The position numbers were made by a program, and so were the translations under genes. Shown here piece by piece: positions 12,626-24,244 of a stretch of 64,000 nt of DNA (its first letter is position 1; every line of letters begins with the position of its first letter). The stretch covers positions 1 through 64,000 of the forward strand of contig JAPEUG010000049.1 in assembly GCA_026025795.1 (NCBI GenBank). The letters run 5' to 3'. The DNA is from Thelocarpon superellum (taxonomy: Eukaryota). A model generated the notes under the pieces. The model was not told the DNA's origin, did not search any database, and saw only the letters and a program-made list of their open reading frames with translations.

Positions 12626-14051
12626 TCATCCCGTGTCTTCATTCATGCGTAAGAGGTGGCCCATTTTCTCAATCTGCATCACGCCGTCATTTTCATTAGC
12701 GCCTCTCCCTCTCTCTCCCAGCTCTCTCCTCGGAAGGGTGAAGGGATTTGCACCCACCTTCGTGCGTAGATACCCCCCTACCTCCGGCCCATGGACGCCC
12801 ACACCGCCTGCGTTCCCCGCACGCCACGCAAGCGGCACCATGGCGACGCGCTGGCGGACGACCACCTCCCGATTCGGGCCCTCGACAGCACGAATCTTGT
12901 CCGGATTATTCGTCAGCAGGCGCACGCCACGAGGTCCGCCGAGGCCGAGATCGAGCAACATGGCTGTCGCGAGGCCGTAGCTGCGTGCGTCGGCCGGGTG
13001 GCGGAGGAGGAGGTTTGCTTCGACCGTGTCGGAGCCGAGGTCCTGGAGGTTATACGCCTTCAGTTTCTCGCCGAGGCCGATCCCGCGTCCTTCTTGTCTC
13101 AGGTAGATGATCACGCCTCCGTGGGAAGAAGGGAGGGACATCTGCCGCGCGGCTTCGTCGAGCTGCTCGCCGCAGTCGCATCGCGCTGACCACGCCGTTT
13201 CTCCCGTGTAGCATTCCGAGTGGATCCGTACCAACGGCGGTTCGTCGGCCGGGGGCGGAGAAGAGGCGGAGGGGTACGGGGAGGTGGATTGCCCACTCGT
13301 GGTTCGGCCGGGGTAGAGTCGACCCGTGTAGGCTCCCCGGATCATGCGGTCCATTTCTGTCTCGCCGGGTTGAGCGGCGTCCAGGCTCCGCGAGCGGATG
13401 TGTGGCCCGAAGACGATCGCAAGGTGCTCTTTGTTCTCGATGTTGTTCTGGTATAGATGCAGGAACATCTCCGTTCCGGTGGTGCTGTGGGTAGGTCAGT
13501 GGGGGACATGGAGCGGCGGAGTTGACGGGCGTGGAGGAGACGTACGTTGGGATGCGCGCTCGCACGACGCAATTCACCTCTGGCAACGTCTCGAGCAGCT
13601 TGGGCATGCGCAGGCCCAGGCCGCCATGGATCGCGTCGCTACTGTCGACGGGTACGCCCTTGGCGTCGGGATGCGAGCCGGGGGTGCTGCTCCCGGGCGT
13701 GGACGGGGGCGTATATGCGGGACTCAGATGACTGGGGGGTAGGGATAGATGGTTGGGAGTTGAAGATGGGCCGTCGCTGGATTCCGAAGAGGTCGGGGCA
13801 GGCTGAGGTTGGAGATGGGAGGGTAGCGCCCGAATATGCGGGACGGTCTCTGGTCGTGGGGTCACACAAGGGGGCAATTCCGGGGAGGCGTGTGCTGGTA
13901 ATTCGTGCTCGCGAGTTCGAGTCGGAGACCGAGACTCAGACGGAGTCTTGTGCGGCGACATGACGCTGGCCGTTGCGTTGGTGGCGGTGGTCGCTGCGGT
14001 GGTGCTTGTGGTGCCGATTGCACCTTCACCTGTAGACGCTGGCGCGGGCAT
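12626..14051 (-). CDS. RIB1: GTP cyclohydrolase II (riboflavin biosynthesis)
   Basis: Motifs [49 protein letters not shown]. Introns 13545-13485 and about 12757-12674 (in frame, stop-free). Confidence 0.92.
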
Positions 14052-14381
14052 GCTAACGGTTGAAGATGGGACCTGGCCCGTCCACCCTCATACCACCTTT
14101 CTTCTTGCATCGCCGTCGCATGAGGAGTCCGAGGGGCAAAACTGCGTGGATTACTTATGGGAATCTCGGGTGTGTGTGAGGTACTCCCCGGTTACGGCGT
14201 TCCGCTCGACCTGCTGGCTTAGCTACGCTCCGAGGTCCGCAGTCGCCCGGAGTCGGTACCCTTCGCTCACCGTCGGGCTCGGTGTCAGGCTGACATACCT
14301 CTCCCGGCACCACCGTAATTCATTATTCGACCGGCGACAACTACGTTTCCTTTTTCCGAGGACCACAGGATGACATGCACA

Positions 14382-15016
14382 ATGCGACAGCTGCGATTGA
14401 CCACTCGACCTGTGGCACGTTCTGTGTCACGTTCTGTTTCACAGCCTGTGATTCAGCCTCCGAGATCCCGCCCCTTCCACATCACAGCAACTCGATCTAT
14501 CCAAAATCGCGTGTTCAATTCGTACGTCATCATCTTCGTGCTTCGTACTTTTGGTATTTCACTCGTCAAAACGCCAAGACTGACTCGACTAGAATACGCG
14601 ATGAAGGTAACTTTGCGTCCCTGTTGCTCCTCTCCGCCACCAGCCGAACGCCCCTCATCTGCTTGTTCACCGCCAGCTGGTGTCCATCCTGTCGCACCGT
14701 GTCACCGGTTCTGAAAGAAATGATCGAGTGTGAGCACGTGGGTGAGAAAGATGGGGGCGTGGCCTATGCCGAGGTCGAGATCGATGCTCCGTCGAGTGGG
14801 GAGCTGGCCTTGCGCTACAACGTCTCGTCTATCCCCACCCTGCTCGCCTTCTCTCGCCAGGAAGCCCAGATGGAGACCCGTGTCACCTCCGTGGCCGACA
14901 TGAAGGACCGTCGCTTTCTGCAACAATGGGTCGAAGAGGAAGCCCGTCGAGCCGGGACGGGAGGTGCGGGAGGCCGCGGCTTCATTGGCTTGTTTGGCGA
15001 CATCTTTGGTCGATGA
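14382..15016 (+). CDS. Probably mitochondrial thioredoxin-like protein
   Basis: Arg/Ser-rich presequence exon; intron 14522-14592; FTASWCPSC CxxC motif and SIPTL cis-Pro loop. Confidence 0.8.
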
Positions 15017-15107
15017 GGCGAATGCCGCCCCCTGGCGCTCGACGTCGACAGCATCACGACCTCCCGGCACGTGTACGGACGTGAGCTCGCTCCCACCCGC
15101 GAGGTCC

Positions 15108-17043
15108 TCAAGTCCGCGGGGGAATCGCGTCATGGACGCGTGCCGCTTCCGCCAACCGGGGAAAGGCCGTGGCGAAGGCGGGCCCGACAGACCAATTCTT
15201 CAAGTCGCGAATGTGTCTCTCGAAGACGGGATTGATGATGACCTGCTCGGGCTCCGACGATGGCACAAATGTCTCCATCGGATCATGTGGCCAGTTCACC
15301 GAGATGGTCTTGGTAAAAGGGACGAAGAAGTCATCAAAGGGATATTGGTCATAATCTCGCACCAGGCGATCGCGCATGCGGGGCCTAGACATCACTCCGT
15401 CATTCATTGCCGTCATCGCACCACGCAAAACGAGGCAAGCCACGTACCATGGAAGATGGTCAATCCATGCCGGGTGTGGCGTGAACAGTTGACACGGTCG
15501 GGGCGTGATCCACTCCGGGAGCAGCTCGTAGTTTTCTTCCGTCGGCGAGATTTGCCACTACGCGAACACGGTGAGAAGGGGGTCGCCACGTCCCGGTGAG
15601 AGACTCACCCGTAACACCAAAGACATGCCATAGGCGACGCCAATCTGCTCGGGCAGACTGGAAATGTCGGGAAAGGTGGCGAGGATCTCGGCGAGAAAGC
15701 TGAAGATGGGATGGAAGAAGATGGTCTGGCCCCGGTAGATGAGCGGTGCCACGCTCGGCGAGGCCGGGCCCACGATGCTGTTGGGGGACACGCCCAGGGC
15801 CGCCTGGGACTGACGGTCGTGGATGAACTTCAGCAGGAGACTATCCAAGGGACACGTCGCCGGCACGTTCATCACCGGCGTTGCGTAAGCCACCATCGGT
15901 CTGCCGGGCATGATGCTACCCTCGCTCTCGCCGCGAGCCACCCGTCCGCCAGGGCTGAAGCGAGCCGGTGACAGTCCCGCCGGAGAATAATCTGGGCCAC
16001 GGAGAGGCAGAATCAGCCAGGGGCGCTGCTTCGGTCGGCTGCATGGACTCACCGTGCTCCATCTTGGTCCCCGCCGGACTGTCGCCCCCTGGCTCCTTGT
16101 GCACGCGCGGGCTCCCATCGAGGATGAAATCCAGGCCGTGCCGGTCGCCGGAGCCGGCGCCTGTCAGACCCAAGCCGTAGGCCCGGTCGACTTTGAGAGG
16201 CTCGTGAGGGATAGTCGGGCTCTCCGTCTTGATCTGGTGCGGATGCGACATGGCTGCGCCTGCCCACTGCGCCAAATGCTCCGCCGCATCCGCCGACAGC
16301 GGGTGCGACGACAAGGAGGAGCTGGGCGAGTCAACCCCGGATGAATGTGAAGGCGAGTACTTGGACACAAGGGGAAGGATGTGCAGACGGGCATCACCAG
16401 ACGGCGGAAGGTGGATCTGGTCGATGGAGTGGTGGGTGGCTTGGAATACGCCCGCAGAGTCTCTCGTCGTCGGCGAGGCTGAATATGATGGACGAGCGTG
16501 GATTCAGCAGACAGCGCCATACGAGGACCGCCAACACAGACGCGACCACGAACATAAACACGGGACAGAACGCCTACCATAACCCGCTCCATCTGGTCCT
16601 CCCCTCGCGCCGGGCGCTGCTGCCGGGGCGGGCGATGCGACCCCTCGAGCCAGCGCTCCCGCTTCCTCTTGGGACAACAGCGGCTGAATGACCTGGAGGA
16701 CATGCTGGAGACGTGATCGAATATCATGATTCTCCGCCTCCACGGCCTTCTTCTCACGCAGGGCCTGCTGCAGCTCCTGGTACGATTGACGAGAGGTCAG
16801 CTCGCGGATCTTGGCCTCGAAGCCGGCAATCTGGTTCTTGGTGCGCTCGCGGATCGCCCGCTGCGCCTCGCGATCATTCGCCCGTTTCTTGGCCAATTGC
16901 TCGGCGGTCAAGTGGGCAATGCCGCGGGGAGCAGTGGGGTTGGAGGATCGTGTTTTCTTGGGCGGCGCCGTGGTTGAGGCCGGCCCCGGCTCGTCGCTGC
17001 GCGTATGCCCACTGGAGGGGGGAGACGGATTGGGCGGCGGCAT
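15108..17043 (-). CDS. bZIP transcription factor with C-terminal DUF3425 domain
   Basis: Basic region AKKRANDREAQRAIRERTK plus a zipper. Four GT-AG introns give a continuous frame. The C-terminal PRPCQLFTPHPAWIDHLPWPRMRDRLV...NWSVGPAF matches DUF3425. Confidence 0.85.
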
Positions 17044-17952
17044 CGCGCCGAGCCAATCATTGGCCAGCGATGAATTTACTTACCGCCAAGGGCCAAGGGG
17101 GAAGGAGGGGTCCGAAGCTCGTCCTGCCGTGTACACGCACACTGGTCGGTGATCGGTCGTGGGCCGGCTGCTTCCGATATGGCCTAAATCGCGGGACATG
17201 CGATCGCCGCGCCGGAGGGGGGCCCCCCGAGTCATGTAGAGGGGCCCCCACAGCGCTGCGAGTCAGTATCGCCTCATTCGCTGTTCACTTCGGGTCTAGC
17301 GGCGGGGGATCTCCCCGTGGGGCAGGGTCGCGAGCAGAGAATCAGCAGGAGCGGGAGCAGCGGCGACGGGCACGGCAACAGTAAGCGAGAAATGGTAGAG
17401 TAGGCAGTAATAGACGACGAGCAAACAGCGTGGAGCAAACATTTACTTGCCCTTAACCACCCGCAAACGATAGACAGCAAACGATTCCCATAAAGCCTGC
17501 CAGCCTCACACTTCTCCTTATTCGGCCAGTCTATATCCCAACAGCAATGGACTCTTTTCAGGACGTCGCCATGCTATCTTCCTCGTTCGGCGATGCCAGA
17601 GATGCACGGCATGCCGCTGCTTACTCCTCCCTCACCAACATGAACAAGCTTCGGCCTCCCTGCTCCGGACAATGGCACCTTCAGCTCCCGCATGACTCTT
17701 CTCGACGTTACACATCTTTCCTATACCGTGAGGCTGTCGATGCCTTGACTACTGCCACTTCACCTCGGAAAAGTCTGTAAGCCATGGTGGGCAGCAGCTC
17801 TCCTACGCCGCCCTCTCAGCATAGATATATCCCAACGAGGTACGTGGTTTTCTTCACATCATCGCCCCTCCAGCACGCTCCACACACTCAACACACGAGC
17901 ATGGCAATCATCCACATCCGCAGAGAACCTCGCAAATTCGAGCATCTCCACA

Positions 17953-18381
17953 ATGTGCCACTATACGAAGACGCACCACCTCTGTGGCCACGTCCGGTCC
18001 AAGCAGGTGGAATACTGCTGGAAGCGAAAGACCAAGGCCCAGCGGGCCCTGAAGAAGAGGTGCACGATGACGGCCAAGCAGGAGCGCACCGCAGAGGACT
18101 GCTCCCACTGTGAGACGGTAAAATGGTGCCGGCACCAGAAGCACACCTCCATATGGGCCCACTTATACCCCGGCCGCATGATTCCGCCGCTCGACGAATG
18201 GCCGCAGGACCAGCGATACCTGAAGCACTGGGCTTGGAACTACTATGGCTCCCGCCCAGTGCCGCCGGACCCGGGAGACTACCCCATGCCGCCGCCGAAC
18301 CGCGCCTCGACGCAACGTCTGGCTCAAGCGACGGCCCGGATCGAGACCGCTATATCGGCGAGTACGACGCCAGCGATGTGA
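17953..18381 (+). CDS. Small basic Cys/His-rich hypothetical protein (possible zinc binder)
   Basis: ATG in good context (cacaATG). MCHYTKTHHLCGH..C..C..CSHC pattern of small fungal 'MC..CGH' proteins. Upstream intron-like segment 17840-17923. Confidence 0.65.
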   Translation: MCHYTKTHHLCGHVRSKQVEYCWKRKTKAQRALKKRCTMTAKQERTAEDCSHCETVKWCRHQKHTSIWAHLYPGRMIPPLDEWPQDQRYLKHWAWNYYGSRPVPPDPGDYPMPPPNRASTQRLAQATARIETAISASTTPAM

Positions 18382-18666
18382 TTGTTGCCATCTCTGCCCT
18401 GCTCGCCTTTGTCGCCCTCGTCTTCCTTCTTTCGCTTCTTTGCCCAAACCCGGAGCCCCGTCCCCCTCTCCCGGCGGAGGAGACGTAGGCAGCCGCCATC
18501 GCTGCCGGCCTCTACTTTTTCCGTGGACTCCTTGCCACATCTGTCTCGGACTGGTTTGTTTTTCGCTTGGCGTACTGCAAATGAATCACGGCATGGGTCT
18601 GTGTTTCCTCGCGTCACATCGGTTTTGATTGTCTCAAGTGGAGAGTCTCAGGTCGATATATCACAA

Positions 18667-20344
18667 TCAATATCCTAAACGCACCATTAGCACTCATCCA
18701 AATTCCGGCGTGTGCATGGAGACAAACCACTTTGCTCCTTCCGACCATCTCCGTCGCCCCCATCGCCGTCCCCCTTGGCCGCTGCACCGGCGGCCTTGAC
18801 GGCCTCGGCGTCACCGCGTAGCTTCTCAAAGTACTTCTTGATGTCCTCGGCTCCGACGGCCTGACCGGTCTCGGCGAATGGCTGCAGGAAAGATTTGACT
18901 TTGTCCTTGAGATGATTGTATACCATGACGCCCTCTGTCGGTGCCACACTCAGCCCAAGATCTTCCGCGGCAAGGGAGGGGGAAAACTCACCGATGGCTC
19001 GGACACGATCCACGTTACTTAATGCGCGCTCGCCACGATCCAGCAGACTTGCGGTACCCACGCTACTTCCCCCCGCGGCGTCGTCGCCACTCTCCGACAG
19101 CGGTGGCTCGTAGGAGTCTTCTTCCTCCAGCAGTTGTCGATGGTCGGAGAGCTTGGGGAAGCACTCGGCGCATCGACAAAGATGTTCCCGGAAGGAGTCG
19201 GCGAGAAACAGCGACATGATCTGGGTGGAAGGTGGCGGTAGGCGCGCATATCGACATCCGGTCGCATGACTGCTGCCGCTGGGATTGGCCCCTTCGGTCT
19301 TGGCTCGCTTCGACGTCGTCGACTCGCCATCGGAGTCGTCCAGCCTTCTCTTTTTCGACGATATGGGATCGGGAGCACTCTCGGATGAAATGGCCTTCGG
19401 TTCGGTCTGATTGGTAGACTCAAGGCCCAGGGCCGTGGTGTCGGGAGACGCTCGTTTCAGGATGGGTGGGAGGAAGCCATCGGTTCCGGCATATCGCTTG
19501 ATCCAGGGATAGGCTTCAACGCATTTGTAGCAGATAAAGGCCTCAAAGTCATCCTCGTGGGGAAAGCCAGGTGGTGGTGGTGGGTCGTCGTCGCCGGCCG
19601 CCATCGTCTCCGGTGCCTGGTGGTCCTCGGGACCGTCTGGGGTCACGCCCACGACACAGGCGGGATGCCACCAGTCTTCGCCACAGCCACCCGTCTCGGC
19701 CGTGCCCAGGCCGAGGCATTGGAACATAGTGCCCTTCTCGCTGTAGGCATCGTACTCCTTGGCGCATCCACAGAAGCGATTGCGAAAGTTCTGGTTGTAT
19801 TTGTTGCCGGGAGCCGGGGCTTCGGCACGCACCTCGCCCTTTCGGCCAGTGCTCTGATCGAGGCGCAGGGTGCACGGTGTGTCGACTGGCAGCCGAGTCG
19901 TGCCGCAGTCGCAGACGAAGTTCCGCTTGTTGAAGAGCTCGACCAAGGTATGGTCGCCATGGCAGGCAATCGAGCATGAGTAGCAGACCGCTGCCCCGCT
20001 GTATGGATCCGTAGGCAATGGAGGTGGTGGGTTGCAGGTCAGGCAGGCGAACAAGATCTGTCGCAGCGGTCCGAGGGGCTGGGTGCAGGTATCAAAGGCC
20101 TGGCGACTCATCAGCAACCAGCCTACCCGTGGTAGCGAGGGGCGAAACTGACATAAGGCAAGGCTTCGCGTGCATCAGCTTCCAACTGCAGTTGATCCTG
20201 GATGAAGCTATGTAGCAGTCATCAGTGATCTATCGGCACCGAGTGTCATGCTTGAGTGGGGACATACTCTGCTGCGGTCTGGGAGTCCTCGGACGCCCGG
20301 GAGAAGCTCTCTTGCCTCGCTTTGCTCTCGGATGACTCCGCCAT
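18667..20344 (-). CDS. UBR7/Mlo2-type UBR-box PHD E3 ligase
   Basis: Spliced start SQTAADFIQDQLQLEADAREALPY; motifs VCYSCSIACHGDHTLVELFNKRNFVCDCG, YNQNFRNRFCGC, CGEDWWH, ICYKC. The last micro-exon gives EQSGY*. Confidence 0.9.
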
Positions 20345-20566
20345 GGTGTAGTAGTCTGACCACTCTGTTTGACACGGTGAATGATGCACCTTGCTCTCTG
20401 CCTAATGTTGCTAGAAGATGCGGCGGGGGGATATGGATTGCGTGAATCGTTGGCAGTTGGTGATTGGAATGCGGGACAGGTGCTCAGGTACCTGAGTACC
20501 TCGACCGGAGCTGTGCACATTTCTTGGTCAGCACGCCTTACCGCATAGAGAAGGGAAAGTGGTTTC

Positions 20567-20606
20567 CGCGTCGCGTCGCGTCGTGCGTCGCGTACCGGCA
20601 ACGCGT
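20567..20606. promoter_or_regulatory. MCB (MluI cell-cycle box) cluster in the UBR7/MCM2 bidirectional promoter
   Basis: Tandem CGCGT units (cgcgtcgcgtcgcgtcgtgcgtcgcgt) plus an exact ACGCGT at 20601-20606, about 190 bp upstream of MCM2. Confidence 0.6.
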
Positions 20607-20795
20607 CGGGCAGACGAGAGGCGGCCAGATAGTCGCCGGTCATCGGTCGGCAAGACAGCGAGGCTTCCCCTCTCGTGCTTACGGAAGTCCACGTCGCTGC
20701 CCACGTCAACTCCGTTCATCACACATTGCGTGCCTCCCATCCGAAATCTCTCATCACCCGCGGCATTCCGGCCAACAACAGGACGATCGACGGCC

Positions 20796-23727
20796 ATGAG
20801 GTAAGGGTGGTCCTTTGACGGTGCTCGAGCATCCGCCTCTCGAACGACGTGCTTACTTGCGGCCAGTTCGCCCTTAAGATCCAACATGGCCTCCGCCAAC
20901 CGCGGCGCCAATCCGCCCAACAGCCGCAAACGATCACGAGTGCCGGATGACGATCTTCCCTCATCTTCTGCGCTGCCGCCGTCGAGTCGTGAGTCAATGG
21001 CTCCCGGAGAGCCAAGACGGAACGAGGGACTGACAACTTCAATGCAGCGCCGCCCTCATCCCCGCCGATGCTGCCGCAGGATGGCGAGGGAGAAGACGAC
21101 GTGGACGAGGAAAACGACTTCATCGCCGACATCGACGACGCCGATGAGATGGCGGAAGATGAAGACGGCATCGACCTGTTTGCCGACACCTTCGAGCGCG
21201 ACTACCAGCCCCGTGCGCCCGAGGCCTACGAGGGTCGTGACATTGACGACGAAGGCGACTACGAAGAGCTCGATCTGGCGGAGCGTCGGCAGCTCGAGGC
21301 GCGCCTCAACCGTCGCGACCGCGAGCTGGCGCGCCGTAGCACCATGCCGGCGGCCTTCCTGCAGGACGAGGATGACGACGGCAACCTCGACTTGACCCGG
21401 CAGCCGCGCCGACGGCGGTACCACTACGACGAGGACCAGGACGAGGAGATGGCCGACGACATCATGGAAGAAGAGCTCTCGCTCGAGGCGCTGCAGGACA
21501 TCAAGGCGGCCAGCCTGACGGATTGGGTGGCTGTGCCGGCCGTGCGCCGCACCATCGCCCGCGAGTTCAAATCCTTCCTGACCGAGTACACGGACGAGCA
21601 CGGCACGTCGGTCTACGGCACACGCGTGCGCACGCTGGGCGAGGTCAACGCCGAGTCGCTCGAGGTGTCGTACGACCACCTGTCCACGTCCAAGGCCATC
21701 GTCGCCTACTTCCTGGCCAACGCACCGGCCGAGGTGCTGAACATCTTCGACCAGGTGGCGATGGAGGTGACGCTGCTGCACTACCCTGACTACGAGCGCA
21801 TCCACTCGGAGATCCACGTGCGCATCTCCGACCTGCCCGTACACTACACCCTCCGCCAGCTGCGGCAGACGCACCTCAACGGCCTGGTGCGCGTCAGCGG
21901 CGTCGTCACCCGCCGCACCGGCGTCTTCCCCCAGCTCAAGTACGTCAAGTTCAACTGCGCCAAGTGCGGCACCACGCTTGGCCCCTTCCAGCAGGAGTCC
22001 AACGTCGAGCTGCGCATCTCCTACTGCCAGAACTGCCAGTCCAAGGGCCCCTTCAGCCTCAACTCGGAGAAGACGGTGTACCGCAACTACCAGAAGCTCA
22101 CGCTGCAGGAGTCGCCCGGCACCGTGCCGGCGGGCCGGCTGCCGCGCCACCGCGAGGTCGTGCTGCTCTGGGACCTGATCGACTCGGCCAAGCCGGGCGA
22201 GGAGATTGAGATCACGGGCATCTACCGCAACAACTACGACGCCCAGCTGAACAACCGCAACGGCTTCCCCGTCTTCGCCACCATCCTCGAGGCCAACCAC
22301 GTGGTCAAGGCGCACGACCAGCTGGCCGGCTTCCGCCTGACCGAAGACGACGAGCGGCAGATCCGCGCACTCTCGCGCGACCCGCAGATTGTCAAGAAGA
22401 TCATCGACTCCATCGCGCCGAGCATCTACGGGCACACAGACATCAAGACCGCCGTGGCGCTGTCGCTGTTCGGCGGCGTCAGCAAGGAGGCCCAGGGCCG
22501 TCACAGCATCCGCGGCGACATCAACATCCTGCTGCTCGGCGACCCCGGCACGGCCAAGTCGCAGGTGCTCAAGTACATCGAGAAGACGGCCCACCGCGCC
22601 GTCTTCGCCACGGGCCAGGGCGCCAGCGCCGTCGGCCTGACGGCGAGCGTGCGCAAGGACCCGCTGACCAGCGAATGGACCCTCGAGGGCGGGGCGCTGG
22701 TGCTCGCCGACCGCGGCACGTGTCTGATCGACGAGTTCGACAAGATGAATGACCAGGACCGCACGTCGATCCACGAGGCCATGGAACAGCAGACCATCTC
22801 CATCTCCAAGGCCGGCATCGTCACCACGCTGCAGGCGCGCTGCTCCATCGTCGCCGCGGCCAATCCCATCGGCGGGCGCTACAACTCCACCATCCCCTTT
22901 TCGCAGAACGTCGAGCTGACGGAGCCCATCCTCTCGCGCTTCGACATCCTCTGTGTCGTGCGCGACACCGTCGACCCGACCGAGGACGAGCGCCTGGCCA
23001 AATTCGTGGTCAACAGCCACGGCCGCGCCCATCCCTCGGCCACCGCGTCCGATGAGAACCAGCGCGGCATGGAGATCGCCCACGACCATGACGTGCGCGC
23101 CGAGCAGGAGAACGGCGGCGAGCCCAAGCAGGAGGGCGAGATCCCGCAGGAGCTTCTGAGGAAATATATCCTGTATGCCCGCGAGCACTGCCGGCCGAAG
23201 CTCTACCAGATCGACCAGGACAAGGTGGCGCGCCTGTTCGCCGACATGCGTCGTGAGAGTCTGGCGACGGGGGCCTATCCCATTACGGTAATACCTTCCC
23301 TCCCTTCCGGATCCTCCCCCTGATGTCTGTTTTTTCCCATCCTAATCCGTCGTGGTCCAGGTCCGCCATCTCGAAGCCATCATGCGCATCAGCGAAGCCT
23401 TCTGCAAGATGCGTCTGTCGGAATACTGCACCTCGCAGGACATTGACCGCGCCATCGCCGTCACCGTCGACAGTTTCGTCGGTAGCCAGAAAGTCAGCTG
23501 CAAGAAGGCACTCGCGCGGGCCTTTGCAAAGTAGGTTTTCACCAGATCCACCATGGGCTGATGCTGCCTCTCCAAACACGTGGATACTAACGCGGTCACT
23601 CAGATACACCTTGGCGCGCCCCGGCGGTCCAGCGAGGAAAGATGGCCGGAGCGCCGGCGGCGTCGGACGAGTCAGTGGCTATCGCGGCACGATGGGGGGT
23701 GGTAACACTGCGTCGGCGGCCGCTTAG
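20796..23727 (+). CDS. MCM2: DNA replication licensing factor MCM2
   Basis: Exons 20796-20800, 20867-20988, 21048-23288, 23361-23530 and 23604-23727. Acidic histone-binding N-terminus, Zn finger, Walker A GDPGTAKSQ, IDEFDKM, SRFD arginine finger. Confidence 0.97.
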
Positions 23728-24244
23728 AGTACTTCATGCAGTGGTGCGGCCGGGTAAAGGCCTGGGAGCGACGAGGGGAGACGAAGCGTGGAATGGCTTA
23801 ATATGGCGGCGTTGTCGGTCCTGTTATTATGCATTCATCTCGATAGATACGTATCTGTACTCTACCCCAAACCGGTTGCACGAATCACGTCATCTCATTC
23901 ACGTCACATGTGTTGAGTCATGTTCATTGAGTCGCACCATCACTGTCCACGATCCACGATCATCATCTGTCCATCATCGATTCTTCGCAGGAGAGGCAAA
24001 GAAGAGGAGAATAACACGGGGCAGAACAAGTTGCGATTCAGGAGATTCAGCGTCCGCAGGATTGAAGGTGAAGGTATGTGGATGTGAGTGTGACGAGGAA
24101 GTGAAGTGGAGGAAGTCCATCACCTCCAGGTGTGCCGTCCGCCGTCCGCCGTCCACCGTCCGCTGTCCGTCGTCCGCTGAAAAGGTCAGATGTGAGCTGA
24201 GACGAAGAGGTCAGACGAGGTGACGGACGTGAGGTGACGCCGCC

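Noticed and set aside
21056..23188. 710-aa antisense ORF over MCM2, and similar long shadow ORFs at 1933-2889, 24326-25642 and 56183-57163
   Set aside because: Expected by-product of strong GC3 codon bias on the sense gene; no recognisable protein features.
24133..24180. Degenerate heptamer repeat (CCGTCCG)n and other microsatellites (3088-3105, 36305-36323)
   Set aside because: Ordinary simple repeats in UTR or intron sequence with no sign of function.
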